A stretch of DNA of 64,000 bases, filler included, from Stramenopiles sp. TOSAG23-3 (taxonomy: Eukaryota): the NCBI GenBank assembly GCA_900128585.1. It is 41 parts of 41 records of this genome, joined end to end, with 100 filler letters (N's around TTAATTAATTAA, not from the genome) between each part and the next. Parts side by side here need not be neighbours in the genome. Positions count along the whole stretch, not along the records: positions 11,044 to 12,517 come from LT645805.1; positions 12,618 to 14,089 come from LT645806.1; positions 14,190 to 15,660 come from LT645807.1; positions 15,761 to 17,230 come from LT645808.1; positions 17,331 to 18,800 come from LT645809.1; positions 18,901 to 20,369 come from LT645810.1; positions 20,470 to 21,937 come from LT645811.1; positions 22,038 to 23,503 come from LT645812.1; 33 more parts are not named here. The stretch is one strand, 5' to 3'. The notes below the pieces were generated by a model that was not told the origin of the DNA, did no database searches, and saw only the letters and a program-made list of their open reading frames with translations. Below, one piece after another: positions 11,045 to 22,327 of this stretch (its first letter is position 1; the number at the start of each line of letters is the position of its first letter). The position numbers were made by a program, and so were the translations under genes.

Positions 11045-12310
11045 GTGGTCCTTTCAGGATCTAGCGACAAAACAGTCCGTGTCTGGTCCCTTGAGTCGGG
11101 GGCGTGCGTAAAAATCGTTGAAGGGTTTTCCAAGGCGCTTACGCAAATAGTCTGCCCAACGTTGGTTGGTGCTGGCGGGAACGCGTGCTTCGCTCTTACC
11201 CTTGACGGAAAAATAGCGCTTTACAACATCAATAATTACTCAAGGATTGCGGAAGATCTCATTGGGAAACAGGAACGGGGGCTGATGGGCGGAACCGCGC
11301 GGTGCATGGCGGTTGGTGGAGAGCAGAGCATGCTGTTTGTAGGAGGCCAAAAAGGCCACGTCACTTCTTTTCAAATTGCAGTCGGTAATGACCTGCTGGC
11401 ATCGGGCCTGCCTGTGGCCAACACAAACGCCACGGCAGCAATCAGCAGAGGCTCTATCATCACCTGGGACGATTCGATTGACATTCAGTCCCCGCGGCAG
11501 GGCGAGACTGCGGGCCCGTCTGGTTACTCGAGATTGTCGGAATCTATGCTGGGACAGCTTAAAGGCTCCACAGTGTCCGTGTTTAATACAAAAAAGAAGC
11601 TGTGGAATCCCGCGGTGGTATGGCGCGAAAACCCCTGCGGTTCCTTCGATTTGTGCACGAAGAAAGACGGGGATAGAAAGATCGACATTCCACCTGCCCG
11701 CATTATGGTCCATGACGACGTCGCCAAGGGTACAAAGAAGGGACGGTATGGTCACCAGCAGGCCGCCCCGCCGTACAGCGGCCGGGTTTTGTCGCGGTAC
11801 AAGGGTGGGTGGCAGTACTACAGCGGGGTGGTCGGAAAGGCTTCGACCGGCTCGCAATACGACGTGCTCTACGATGACGGCGAATCAGAAACTGGTGTCC
11901 CAAGCGCGTATTTGAAACATCACCAAGACACCTTTTCGGTAGGCGACACAGTCGAGGCAAAGTACAAGGGCGGGAAGAAATGGTACCTCGGCAGCATTGT
12001 AGGCCTGGGAAAGAATGGAGCAAACAAGTTTGATGTAAAGTACCTAGACGGCGAGGTTGAAACAGGATGCAAGCGAAAGTACGTTTGGTTTGTTTCCAAA
12101 AGGGGCGATTATGCACCGGCGGTGTTTGAAGCTGGCGATCAAGTGCTCGCCCGCCATGGGCGGGGTTCGAGAAAATTTCCAGGGACGGTCGAGAAGGTTC
12201 GTCTGGCAGGAAAAGAAGGTGCAGAGCACTTGTACGATATAAAGTACGACGATGGAGACGTGGAGACCAAAGTGGAGAGCTGGCTGATCAGTAAAAAGAC
12301 GATGATGTGA
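11045..12310 (+). CDS. C-terminal part of a WD40 protein with three to four Tudor/Agenet-like repeats
   Basis: LSGSSDKTVRVWSL (WD40), then repeats of V.ARYKGG..WY.G.I......YDV.YDDGE.E..V. 5'-truncated. Confidence 0.75.
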   Translation: MVLSGSSDKTVRVWSLESGACVKIVEGFSKALTQIVCPTLVGAGGNACFALTLDGKIALYNINNYSRIAEDLIGKQERGLMGGTARCMAVGGEQSMLFVGGQKGHVTSFQIAVGNDLLASGLPVANTNATAAISRGSIITWDDSIDIQSPRQGETAGPSGYSRLSESMLGQLKGSTVSVFNTKKKLWNPAVVWRENPCGSFDLCTKKDGDRKIDIPPARIMVHDDVAKGTKKGRYGHQQAAPPYSGRVLSRYKGGWQYYSGVVGKASTGSQYDVLYDDGESETGVPSAYLKHHQDTFSVGDTVEAKYKGGKKWYLGSIVGLGKNGANKFDVKYLDGEVETGCKRKYVWFVSKRGDYAPAVFEAGDQVLARHGRGSRKFPGTVEKVRLAGKEGAEHLYDIKYDDGDVETKVESWLISKKTMM

Positions 12311-12617
12311 GCACGAAAGATGAAAAACTGAATTTGACAAAACGTTTTTAAAAAGTGCCCCACGGAATGTAAAAGGGCAGAAGGACCAGCTTCACATTCG
12401 CGGTACACATGTGAAGAAGATAATTTAAAAACAAGAAAAAAATTGGCTGTTATTTAAGTAATTAAATTTAGCTTCGTCGTACCCTAATCCTAACTTGGTT
12501 CTGTAATTTCGTCTCATNNNNNNNNNNNNNNNNNNNNNNNNNNNNNNNNNNNNNNNNNNNNTTAATTAATTAANNNNNNNNNNNNNNNNNNNNNNNNNNN
12601 NNNNNNNNNNNNNNNNN

Positions 12618-14089
12618 GTGCGAAGCAGAAAAAAGGATCTCTTCGGGACCCATTTAGCCACTTTAGCGAAAAGAAGGCGAGCTTCGTCTCGTCTCAGTTG
12701 CATGAAGGCTTAAAACTGTTAGGGATTGATTTGCCGGCGGATAAGGTTTCATTGGTGTTCGAAATGATGGACAAGAACGGAGACGGTGTTGTCACGTATA
12801 ACGAGTTCAAAATTTTCATCGGAGATTCGCATTACATAGACGTTGAAAATCGTCTTCGCAGCATGATCACTAGATTAGCGAGTAAGTGGGACGGCGAAAA
12901 AGATTTCAAGCGCGTCTTTCGAAGGTTTGACGAAGAAAACGAGGGGTCGATATCTCGTCGCAGGTTTGGAGAAAGTTTGGACGAATTAGGGTTCGACCTG
13001 TCCAGTTCGGAATTCGAACGTGTCCTCGATCGTTTTGACGTTGACGGGGATGGAAAAGTGTCCTACAAAGAGTTTGTTAAATTCGTTTCAAACCGGTACG
13101 ATCAATACAAACCCATAAAAGAATTGAAAGACATCCTGCGTAGCACGTTGCGAAAAATGGGACTCACGGACAAAGACATGTGGCAAACATTCCGTAACTT
13201 TGACCTAGCTGGGAATGGTTACATTAACCAGCACGAGTTCAGAGACGGGCTGAAGGACATGGGATTCAAGCTAACTGGAGGACAGTCCGACGACTTGATG
13301 CAGTACTTCGATTTTTATGCGGATGGCCGCATTTCATACGAAGAATTTGTTGCCTTTGTCACTGGAGAGAAGGTAGGGTCCAGCAGCACCCGTAGCGGGA
13401 ACGACAATCGCAGGAATAGCGGTACCTCAAGGTCGGCGCGGGGCGGTTCATTGATGCACCGGGTACGCAAAGCATTTCGCAAGAAATGGTCCGCGGGCAA
13501 CTTGGAAGCGTACGATATATTTGAGGCCAAAGACACCAAATTTGATGGGTACTTGCCGTCAACAACTGTCTTCAAAATACTCAGCTCTTCCTTCTCCGTA
13601 AAGCTGTCGGAGCAGGACGAAGACAATTTGATGACCAGCTTCGCAAACGACGATCCAGATGCGTTCGACTATGTTAAATTTCTGCACCGAGCAGCGCCGT
13701 CTTACCATGGCAGCAGCACAGTCGGAACGACAGTTGCAAGCGCAGCATCCGAGCTACGGCTACTTGTTAGACAGAGGGCGGCCACGAAGGGCGGGGACTT
13801 GAAAGACCCGTTCAACCACTTCGATCGCAAAAGAAACGGTTACTTCAACATGAAATACTTCAGCAAAGGTTTGGGAAGCCTTGGGGTTACCTTGAGCTCC
13901 AGCGACGAGGAAAAATTGTTTGGTATGATCGATTTCAACAACGACGGAAAAGTTCGCTTCAATGAATTTGCAGTGTTTGTGAATGGTGTTAAGTTTACAG
14001 ATGCAGCGTCGCGTCTGCGGTGCAAGATAACCAGAATTGCAAAACGTTGGAATGGTGGACGGGACATGAGAAAAGCGTTCGACCGATTT
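12618..14089 (+). CDS. Multi-EF-hand calcium-binding protein (internal fragment)
   Basis: Many EF-hand loops: DKNGDGVVTYNE, DVDGDGKVSYKE, DLAGNGYINQHE, DFYADGRISYEE, DFNNDGKVRFNE. Internally repeated blocks. Confidence 0.9.
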
Positions 14090-15029
14090 NNNNNNNNNNN
14101 NNNNNNNNNNNNNNNNNNNNNNNNNNNNNNNNNTTAATTAATTAANNNNNNNNNNNNNNNNNNNNNNNNNNNNNNNNNNNNNNNNNNNNAAACACACATA
14201 TTTACAAGAAAGTGCAACAGGAACCATCGCGTGGATTTATTCCAGGACGTTTCCATTTGCAAAAGTCCATCGAGCATAAACAAGACAATCAGCGTTTTCA
14301 AAATAATAAGGGCAACACTGTGAGCAGGCAACATGGTGGCGGCAGCAGGCAAGGGAGTCGCCGCTGCAAGGACGGAATTACAATGATTGCGCTGGGAACT
14401 CACGCGGGCTGTTGCTTGAATACGGTATAATATTACCGTTCACATACAGACATCAACAGACACCACAATAGACTTTATCTATCTTTTTCAAAAGTGAAAC
14501 AAAACCTTGCTATGTATATCTATCTATCTAGATGTGAAAAGTGAAAACAAATGTGATGTTTTATAATTTGTTTTTACTGTATAATACCAAAACATATATT
14601 TTTTTTATTATTATTGATTTTTTTTATTATTTTTTTTTTTTTCAGGACGACGACGGATGTGATCGTCGTCGACGATGATGATCGTTCGTCGTCGTCGAGC
14701 TTTTTTCTTCTTCTTCTTCTTCTTTGAATTAAGTTTTGAGTTTTGAGTTTAAGAGGTACTGACTAAGTGACTAAGAGTACGACACGAATCCCTAATTAAA
14801 AAGTACCTCTCAGTTCTCAGTTCTCAGTAGTATTTAATACTCCTGTTCCTCTGAGATTCGAAAGATCGATCGATCGATCAATCAATTGGTTGTCTTATTA
14901 TGAATTTAACATTACACAGTATACAGTATACAGTATATAAAATAATCAGAGCATTATTTTATGTGCCGAGCCGAGCCGAGCCGAGCGACTGAGCGATTGA
15001 GCGATTGAGCGATGTCTTTATCAGGTCTT

Positions 15030-15260
15030 CATTCTCTTTCTTGTCTTCTTCTTCTCTCTCTCTCTATTATATAATATATAACTTCTTTCTTTCTTCTTTC
15101 TTCCTTCTTCTTTCTTCCTTCTTCTTCTTCTTCTTCTTCTTCCTTCTTCCTTCTTCCTTCTTCTTCTTCTTCTTCTTCTTCCTTCTTCTTCTTCTTCTTC
15201 TTCCTTCTTCTTCTTCTTCTTCTTCCATTTAATTCCTACCTCATTCTTCTTCTTCTTCAC
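15030..15260. repeat. (TTC)n-rich simple repeat
   Basis: Direct reading. Confidence 0.85.
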
Positions 15261-15762
15261 ATCTTCACATCTTCACATATTATTATTATTTTATTTATTA
15301 TTATTTATTATTATATTCTTCGTGTTGTTGTTGTTTCTTCTTTTCTCTTCTTCGTTTTTCGTGTTCCTCATCATCATCAATTCTTCTTCTTTTATTATTC
15401 ACCAAACAAAAAAGCGAGCGCGGCCAGAGCGGCGGGAAGTGGGAAACATAAACGCAAAATTCACAATCCTAATACGTAGATGAAAACGAGACAAAGTACA
15501 AATTATAAATTGTTTACAGAAGAGAAGCAATTCAATACACATCGATTGATAGTGGATTTTTTTCTTCTTCAGATTGCGAGTTCACCCTTTCCGTTTAAGC
15601 TTTGTCTTCCTTTTCTTCCTTTTCGTCTTCCTTTTCGTTTTAGTTTAACGACGTTTTTGGNNNNNNNNNNNNNNNNNNNNNNNNNNNNNNNNNNNNNNNN
15701 NNNNTTAATTAATTAANNNNNNNNNNNNNNNNNNNNNNNNNNNNNNNNNNNNNNNNNNNNTC

Positions 15763-16398
15763 GAGCATGCGTTTCTGATCTGTTGGAATTTGTATTTTGT
15801 TTTAAACTTGATCTGGATGATTTGTTACATCCTTTGCTACGGAAACATCCAAGCCATGACGGCAACGCTTCGTTCAAACCCTACATTTTCCATGTGGCTA
15901 ACTGGTAGTAGTCTCGTCTACACAACATGCTCTATCCTGTACGCTCCGTCGCTCTGGAACGTTGCGGCGGTTCTAAACGGCAACATTGTATCAGTGGTTC
16001 ACAAGCTCTTTTTTGGCGCGACCGTCGTGTTCATGAAAATGCGACAAACACGGGCAAATTTTGAAGTGTTTTTTGTCCCCAAGGGATGGTTTGCGAAAGT
16101 ATGGTTGTTTTTTGATATATATAAGATCCTGCTTGATGTAGGGCGCCACCTTGCTACCCTCTACGCCGCGCAAGTGTTGCTGGAAGCGGAAGGCAAAGCC
16201 TTTTCCGATGCAGAAAGTGTGGCCGGGTTCTCAATCGCGGGGAAAGCGTATCATATCACTCTTCGGCAAGTCATGAACGCCTCGTACACGTGTAGCTTGC
16301 TATTCACCCTCAACAATTTTATTCTCAGTCTGCGCGGAGGACAGCAAGGCAGCAAGTTTCCAAACATGAACAATCGGCGCATCGTCAATTTGAAATAA
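15763..16398 (+). CDS. C-terminal part of a hypothetical multi-pass membrane protein
   Basis: Open frame from the contig start with several hydrophobic helices. Stop followed by AT-rich DNA. Confidence 0.6.
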   Translation, partial: EHAFLICWNLYFVLNLIWMICYILCYGNIQAMTATLRSNPTFSMWLTGSSLVYTTCSILYAPSLWNVAAVLNGNIVSVVHKLFFGATVVFMKMRQTRANFEVFFVPKGWFAKVWLFFDIYKILLDVGRHLATLYAAQVLLEAEGKAFSDAESVAGFSIAGKAYHITLRQVMNASYTCSLLFTLNNFILSLRGGQQGSKFPNMNNRRIVNLK

Positions 16399-16608
16399 AC
16401 TGAATATAAGGTTTTTTTTTTTAGAATTGGTGTAAATATATTATACATGGTTCCTATTATTTGTTGTCAAAACAACAGCAACAGAACCTTCTTTATTTTT
16501 CTTTTCTCTGTTCTTCTTCTTGTTCTCATAGTAGATTTATCAGCATACGTTATACACAAGTAAATGAAATATGTTTTTTTATTTTACACAAGTATGTGTG
16601 TGCACAAT

Positions 16609-17173
16609 TCACCGTGTGCTTGAAGCTGAATATTGTTTGAAGAGGGACCTTTTCAAAGCAATCTTACGATCCCTTATTGGTGGAGCGCTTCCGGTGACCC
16701 GTTGGAAGCTGTCACTGCGACGTATAGAAGAAATGGTTTTACGTTCTCCGCAAAACTTTGGTTGTGAAGGTGTAGCGCACCGCTCGGATGGGACCATATT
16801 TTCTTTCAAGACTTGTGCTCTTGAGGGTCGCAATGCACTTGTTCGAATCACCCTATCATGTTTTTTTACGTCTTTTGCATTCTTTTCGCAAACTTCGTGA
16901 CTAGACAAGAATTCCCTATCCTTCAACCGTTGGCTATTTATCAACTGTTGTTTCTTCTCTTTTTTAAAACGCTCGTTGCCTTCTGCTATTTGTTTGCGCG
17001 CGTTCTCTGCTTGTTGTAAATCTTTCACTCGTTGTTCTTCAGCCTGTCGACGTCGCACCAATGCCTGATATTTTTCACGCCTACGCTTCGCTAACCTTCC
17101 TTCTTTCCTTAGTTTAGTTGCCATGGCCTGTCTGACCACATTCCTCTTCTTCTCTTGTTCAACATTTAAATCT
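16609..17173 (-). CDS. C-terminal part of a basic coiled-coil hypothetical protein
   Basis: K/R/E/Q-rich ORF convergent with the previous gene. Its 5' end runs into a duplicated 57-nt contig end. Confidence 0.55.
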
Positions 17174-17230
17174 TGAAGGTGTAGCGCACCGCTCGGATGG
17201 GACCATATTTTCTTTCAAGACTTGTGCTCT
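17174..17230 (+). repeat. 57-nt exact direct duplication of 16765-16821 at contig end
   Basis: TGAAGGTGTAGCGCACCGCTCGGATGGGACCATATTTTCTTTCAAGACTTGTGCTCT occurs at both positions. Confidence 0.9.
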
Positions 17231-17523
17231 NNNNNNNNNNNNNNNNNNNNNNNNNNNNNNNNNNNNNNNNNNNNTTAATTAATTAANNNNNNNNNNNNNN
17301 NNNNNNNNNNNNNNNNNNNNNNNNNNNNNNGAAGAAGAGAAAACGAACGCCGGCGCCGCAATGGGTATTGATTGCTTCTTGGGGTGCTGGTGGCTATTCC
17401 CAAGGGCTCCCACAGCTGTATACGTGTGTACATAAAATTGCGAGTTTACACTATTAATATATTAATGTTAGATTCTCTTAAAAAAACAGTGCGTGTGTGC
17501 CCGCTTTCGAAAACGCCATACAC

Positions 17524-18165
17524 TCAGTACATTTGTGGGAACGAGTGGTAGGTTCCTCCGATCCGCACCTGCCTCCCTTTCATGGTAGCTTTTACAGTTG
17601 CTTCGAAATCACGAGGGGATTCACGAAGTTGTTTTGCTGCCTCTTTATTCAATGGATCGCTTGGGTTCGGGGTGTAGAATAAAAAAATGATGCCGTAGAT
17701 AACAGCGTTGATGTCCAGCACCGGTTTCCAGTCAGCGCGCAATATGTTCAAACATACATGGCCCTCCAGGTCGATGTTCGGGTGGTAAATTTTGGTGTTG
17801 CAGTGGACAAGTGGGGGCTTGTGCGGAAACTGGTCGGGCACGGTTATGGAGAAATTATAAGTTCCACTTTTCCAGTGTCCCTGTTCGGGTTTGACGACGA
17901 CGTTCATTTTCATCAAGTCGTTTGGGTCTGGCCAAGAAATATCGGCAACTTTACCACCGTCTAACTCTTCAATGTCTTTCTGGAGCCGCAACTCTGCCGC
18001 ACTGACCTTTTTGCTTCGCTTTCCACCTTCTGACTTTTTACGCCCACTAGAAACACCGAACAAATCAATTTTTTTGCCGCCGCCCTCGTCTCCATCGTTA
18101 CTTTTTTTTCCCCCTCCACTACCTGCAGGCACTTTCTTGTCCTTCTTTTTCTTAATTTTCAACAT
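17524..18165 (-). CDS. UBC12: NEDD8-conjugating enzyme Ubc12/UBE2M
   Basis: SAAELRLQKDIEEL, KIYHPNIDLEGHVCLNILRADWKPVL with the catalytic Cys, and DPLNKEAA. Basic N-terminal extension. Confidence 0.93.
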   Translation of the reverse strand: MLKIKKKKDKKVPAGSGGGKKSNDGDEGGGKKIDLFGVSSGRKKSEGGKRSKKVSAAELRLQKDIEELDGGKVADISWPDPNDLMKMNVVVKPEQGHWKSGTYNFSITVPDQFPHKPPLVHCNTKIYHPNIDLEGHVCLNILRADWKPVLDINAVIYGIIFLFYTPNPSDPLNKEAAKQLRESPRDFEATVKATMKGRQVRIGGTYHSFPQMY

Positions 18166-18544
18166 GTTGTGTATGCCTTCGAACCTTCGTCAGTCGCTGT
18201 TTCAACCCGGACTCGCGCTCGTCGTACGTGTGTGTTTTTACTTAGCTAACAATGAAACTCTTTTAGACTACCGAAACAAATTCAAATATCTTCTTCGTCT
18301 CGAATTTATATGGAATGAAGAATAAAATGAATTAACGATCTATTCCACACGGGAGTATACATGTTTAGTCCACTTCATTCTTTTATAAATGCAAACAAAG
18401 AATTATTATTTAAAGAAGTGTTAAATATGAAGTCTTAAAATCAAATCAAAATAATTAATTAATAATAATATTTAATAATAATACAGTGACATTAATATTA
18501 TAATAATAAAATAAAAAATTATTCAAAACAATTTCTTCATCAAT

Positions 18545-18800
18545 TTCTTCTTTTTTTTTCTTCTTTTTTTTCTTCTTTTTTTTTTCTTTTCTTCTTAATT
18601 GTTCTTTTAATTCTTCTTTTAATTCTTCTTTCTTCTTCTTTCTTCTTCTTCTTCTTCTTTCTTCTTCTTCTTTCTTCTTCTTTCTTCTTCTTTCTTCTTC
18701 TTCTTTCTTCTTCTTTCTTCTTCTTCTTCTTTCTTCTTTATTCTTCTTCTTTCTTCTTCTTTCTTCTTCTTTCTTCTTCTTCTTTCTTCTTTCTTCTTCT
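18545..18800. repeat. (TTC/TTTC)n simple repeat
   Basis: Direct reading at contig end. Confidence 0.9.
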
Positions 18801-19008
18801 NNNNNNNNNNNNNNNNNNNNNNNNNNNNNNNNNNNNNNNNNNNNTTAATTAATTAANNNNNNNNNNNNNNNNNNNNNNNNNNNNNNNNNNNNNNNNNNNN
18901 CTTTTCAAAACCGACATTTTCCATCATCACAGAACATTGACATATATATATATATATATACACACACTACACTCAATTGTACGTACGTTTGTTTAAAAGT
19001 ATACCGCA

Positions 19009-20369
19009 ATGAAGTTCACTATCTTCTGTTCCCTACTTCTCCTGTCGGTGGCTGCTGCCTCCAACCTTCGCATCGCCCCACGCTCGGCGGAAGCGACGGG
19101 CTCGGCGGCGCCAAACCCGTTCAAGAAGCAAGAGAAAGACCCTTTGGCAGTTGTCATGGACACTGCCCCGAAGGAATTCAAGGAAGTACGCCACGTCGTA
19201 TTCCGCGATTTGGTCAACGCAGTTCAGCCGGTCAAGGGCGGCCTACGCTACAAAAAAGTCAAAGGCTTGCCTAGCTACCAGTCCGGCGCAAGCTCCAAGC
19301 TTCTTCTGGAGGAGAACAGCGAGGTCAAGGGGATTGCATTCTCCCCCCGCAGTTACCAGAACACCAAGGTCGGCTTGTCCTACGAAAACGGAAAGGAAGG
19401 CGACCACCGCAACATCGACTACGCCATCTACTTGCACTCGAACAGGGAGCTGAGCATCGTGGAGACGGGGACGGGACGAATGCACAACATGGGCTACTAC
19501 CTGCCAGGGGATGACATCTCGGTCACCATTGCCAAATCAACGGCCCTCGACGGGAAGGTCGTCCACCGCGTGGAGTACCGTGTCAACGGCAACATGCGAT
19601 ACACCTCCCAGAAGCGCCCGGTGTTCCCATTGAAAGCCGAAGTCGCCTTCCACAACGACGCTGACGAGGAGGTTCGCAACTTCCGATTCGTTGGCGAAGC
19701 CCACCAGTACGCCCAAAAGCCAGGCCAATTCGTCCAGTTCACGGGGTACGAGCTCGCCGCGTACGAAGCCGGGCCCGGCCGCATCAAGAAGGTCACGCAC
19801 GGGAGCAACTGGAACTCTGGTGTTCTTTCGGTCAATTGCATCACGGAATCGAACAAAATCACCGGCGTATCCTTCGTTGCCGACCAGTACAAGACGGCAA
19901 TCTTTGGCTTGGCCAGGCACGACAACAAAAAGAACATGAACGACATCGACTTCGGAATCTACTTGGACTCCAGCCGCAACGTGCAAATCTACGAAAACGG
20001 TCAGCACAAGAAGGGTGTCATCCAGAGGTACAAGATCAACGATATCTTTCAAGTGCGCATCAACCAAGCCAACCAAGTCGAATACGTCCAGAATGACGAT
20101 GTCATTTACACCTCTAGCTCCAATGTATTGCTCCCACTGTACGTCGACACGCACCTGTACCACACCGACGCGTCCTTCTCGAAGATTCGCTGGTTGGGAG
20201 AACAAGCCCAGCTTGTCGAAAAGAAGGTTGGCGCGAAAGTGCAGTTCACCAAATTCGACGGTCTCGTCTCGGAGGAAGCCGGGGAAGTACGAAAAGCAGA
20301 GAACGGCCTCGGAAACGCATGGAACGCCGGCGCCACGTCGTTGCAAGCGATCAAGGATGGCGACGAGGT
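19009..20369 (+). CDS. Secreted protein with tandem ~165-aa beta-rich (SPRY/lectin-like) repeats, 3'-truncated
   Basis: Signal peptide MKFTIFCSLLLLSVAAA. The repeated unit ..WNSG..G.SF...GL....IDYAIYL....IYENG...Y...D...V.Y..N...YTS....PL is seen twice, plus the start of a third. Strong C/G-ending codon bias. Confidence 0.8.
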
Positions 20370-21019
20370 NNNNNNNNNNNNNNNNNNNNNNNNNNNNNNN
20401 NNNNNNNNNNNNNTTAATTAATTAANNNNNNNNNNNNNNNNNNNNNNNNNNNNNNNNNNNNNNNNNNNNGTACATTGTGTGAATAATTATACATTATATA
20501 TAGAAAGACAAAAAATAATGATCTTGAATATATATTGGATATATCATCATTATATTTTTGTTGACCCAATTTTTTGCTATATAAAAAGAATAAATTCGTT
20601 ACAATCTATTTGTATAGGCGATGTGAAAACATATTAATACCCTTTTATAACTGTATACTATGAGCCATTATTTTGTTTTTATTATTAGACACTACCAATT
20701 TGGTATAATAAGTACAATTGTATTTTCTCTAAAAAATGTACTCAATGTGTAATACGAGGATCTACAACAACAACCAAGAAGAATCAAATTTCAAATTTCA
20801 AATTGAAATTGATTAAATTGTTTGGAAGTAAAAGAAAACTTGGAATTAAGGAGTACTTACACACCCGTATAGATCAAGCGTTAAGATAGAGCGCTGAATT
20901 GTTCCCTGTTTTCCTTGTTTCGTCAGTACTATATAAGTGGTGGTTTCGTGCGGAAAGGAGTTCGGGCGGGCATTCGTTGTGTTGCTCAGGCATATATATA
21001 TATACGGGTTGTCCCCCAA

Positions 21020-21937
21020 ATGGGGGGGATGGGCCTGGGGGGGGGGGCAGGATAGGTTTCTTTCGGAAGAGACGGGCACCCCGGCCGGACCGTCGGGACC
21101 AGAGAATGGATCTGTTGCTTCCGGGGTCGGGGCGAACGGTGCGGCACAGAAAGAGATCGACAGGTTGAAGTCTGCGTTGGAGCGGAAGAACAGAGAAGTG
21201 GAGGACATGGCGCTTACCCTGAACCTTCTGGAGACCGAGACGCGTTGGAGGGTCGAAAACGCCGAGAAGAAGAAGAAAAAAGAGGTAGATAGCGCGGAGT
21301 CAAACGTTGCATTCAAGGCGCAGGAGTTGAAGCGGTCGGAGATGGCAAGAAAAGGGCTGCAGAAGTCACTGCGGAAGGCCCACGTAGAACTAGTTAGACT
21401 AAGAAACGCGGCAAAGGAGCAGCATCAGGGGAACTGCGACGCTGGGGGGGCGCAGTACGGCAAGAACCCGAGGAAAGAAAACCGTATGATGGCGTCGACG
21501 AAGCGCTCGTCCCAGAGCCTCAGGCCACCCGCAATGGACAGTAGCATGGGCTCGGACCCGAGGAAGCGGATGAAAATGGCGTCGGGCGAGGGGGCCAGCA
21601 GCCAGCCAAGGGAGCAGCGGTCTCTTAGCCCATCGCCCCCGGCGAGCGGCCTGACCCCTACCCCTCCCGAATTCCTCGACTCCTCGCAGCTCAACACGGG
21701 ACCAGCGCATTCGAGCGAAGAGCTGGAGGGCACAGAGAACCCCGTGGTGTCTATTTTTGCTGAGACGAGCGCCGACTTACTCGTCTTGCTGGGGGTTGTA
21801 CATTTATTCGACCAGGGCGCCGAGGGGGCCGGGCGGGAATCCCCGAGCCGTCCGGTGCTGGCCGCCGCCGCCGCCCTCCCCGGCGCCGAGGGCCCCGCTG
21901 CCAAAGGAAGGACGCCCTCGATCGGTGGGCTTTTGTT
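21020..21937 (+). CDS. Hypothetical protein with N-terminal coiled coil, 3'-truncated; start uncertain (possible frameshift in G11 run 21037-21047)
   Basis: Long GC-rich open frame with coiled coil QKEIDRLKSALERKNREVED. The ATG at 21020 is in frame only if one G is removed; the next in-frame ATG is ~21207. Confidence 0.55.
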
Positions 21938-22037
21938 NNNNNNNNNNNNNNNNNNNNNNNNNNNNNNNNNNNNNNNNNNNNTTAATTAATTAANNNNNNN
22001 NNNNNNNNNNNNNNNNNNNNNNNNNNNNNNNNNNNNN

Positions 22038-22039
22038 TT

Positions 22040-22114
<75 letters not shown>

Positions 22115-22150
22115 CCCTTTCTTTCTCCCTTTCTTTCTCCCTTCTTCCCG
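22038..22150. repeat. (TTTC)n microsatellite
   Basis: Direct reading at contig start. Confidence 0.9.
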
Positions 22151-22327
22151 TATATTGTAATAATGTGTTTATAACATATTATATTGGAGTTTAAATGTGT
22201 ATATAAAAAAACAAATGATATTGTCGTTTAACAGCAGAAAAAGTATATATATGACGAACGAACACAAATGATTTACAACGTAAGCGTATTTGGGCATCAA
22301 AAATGTTTTTCTACTAAATTCGCATAA

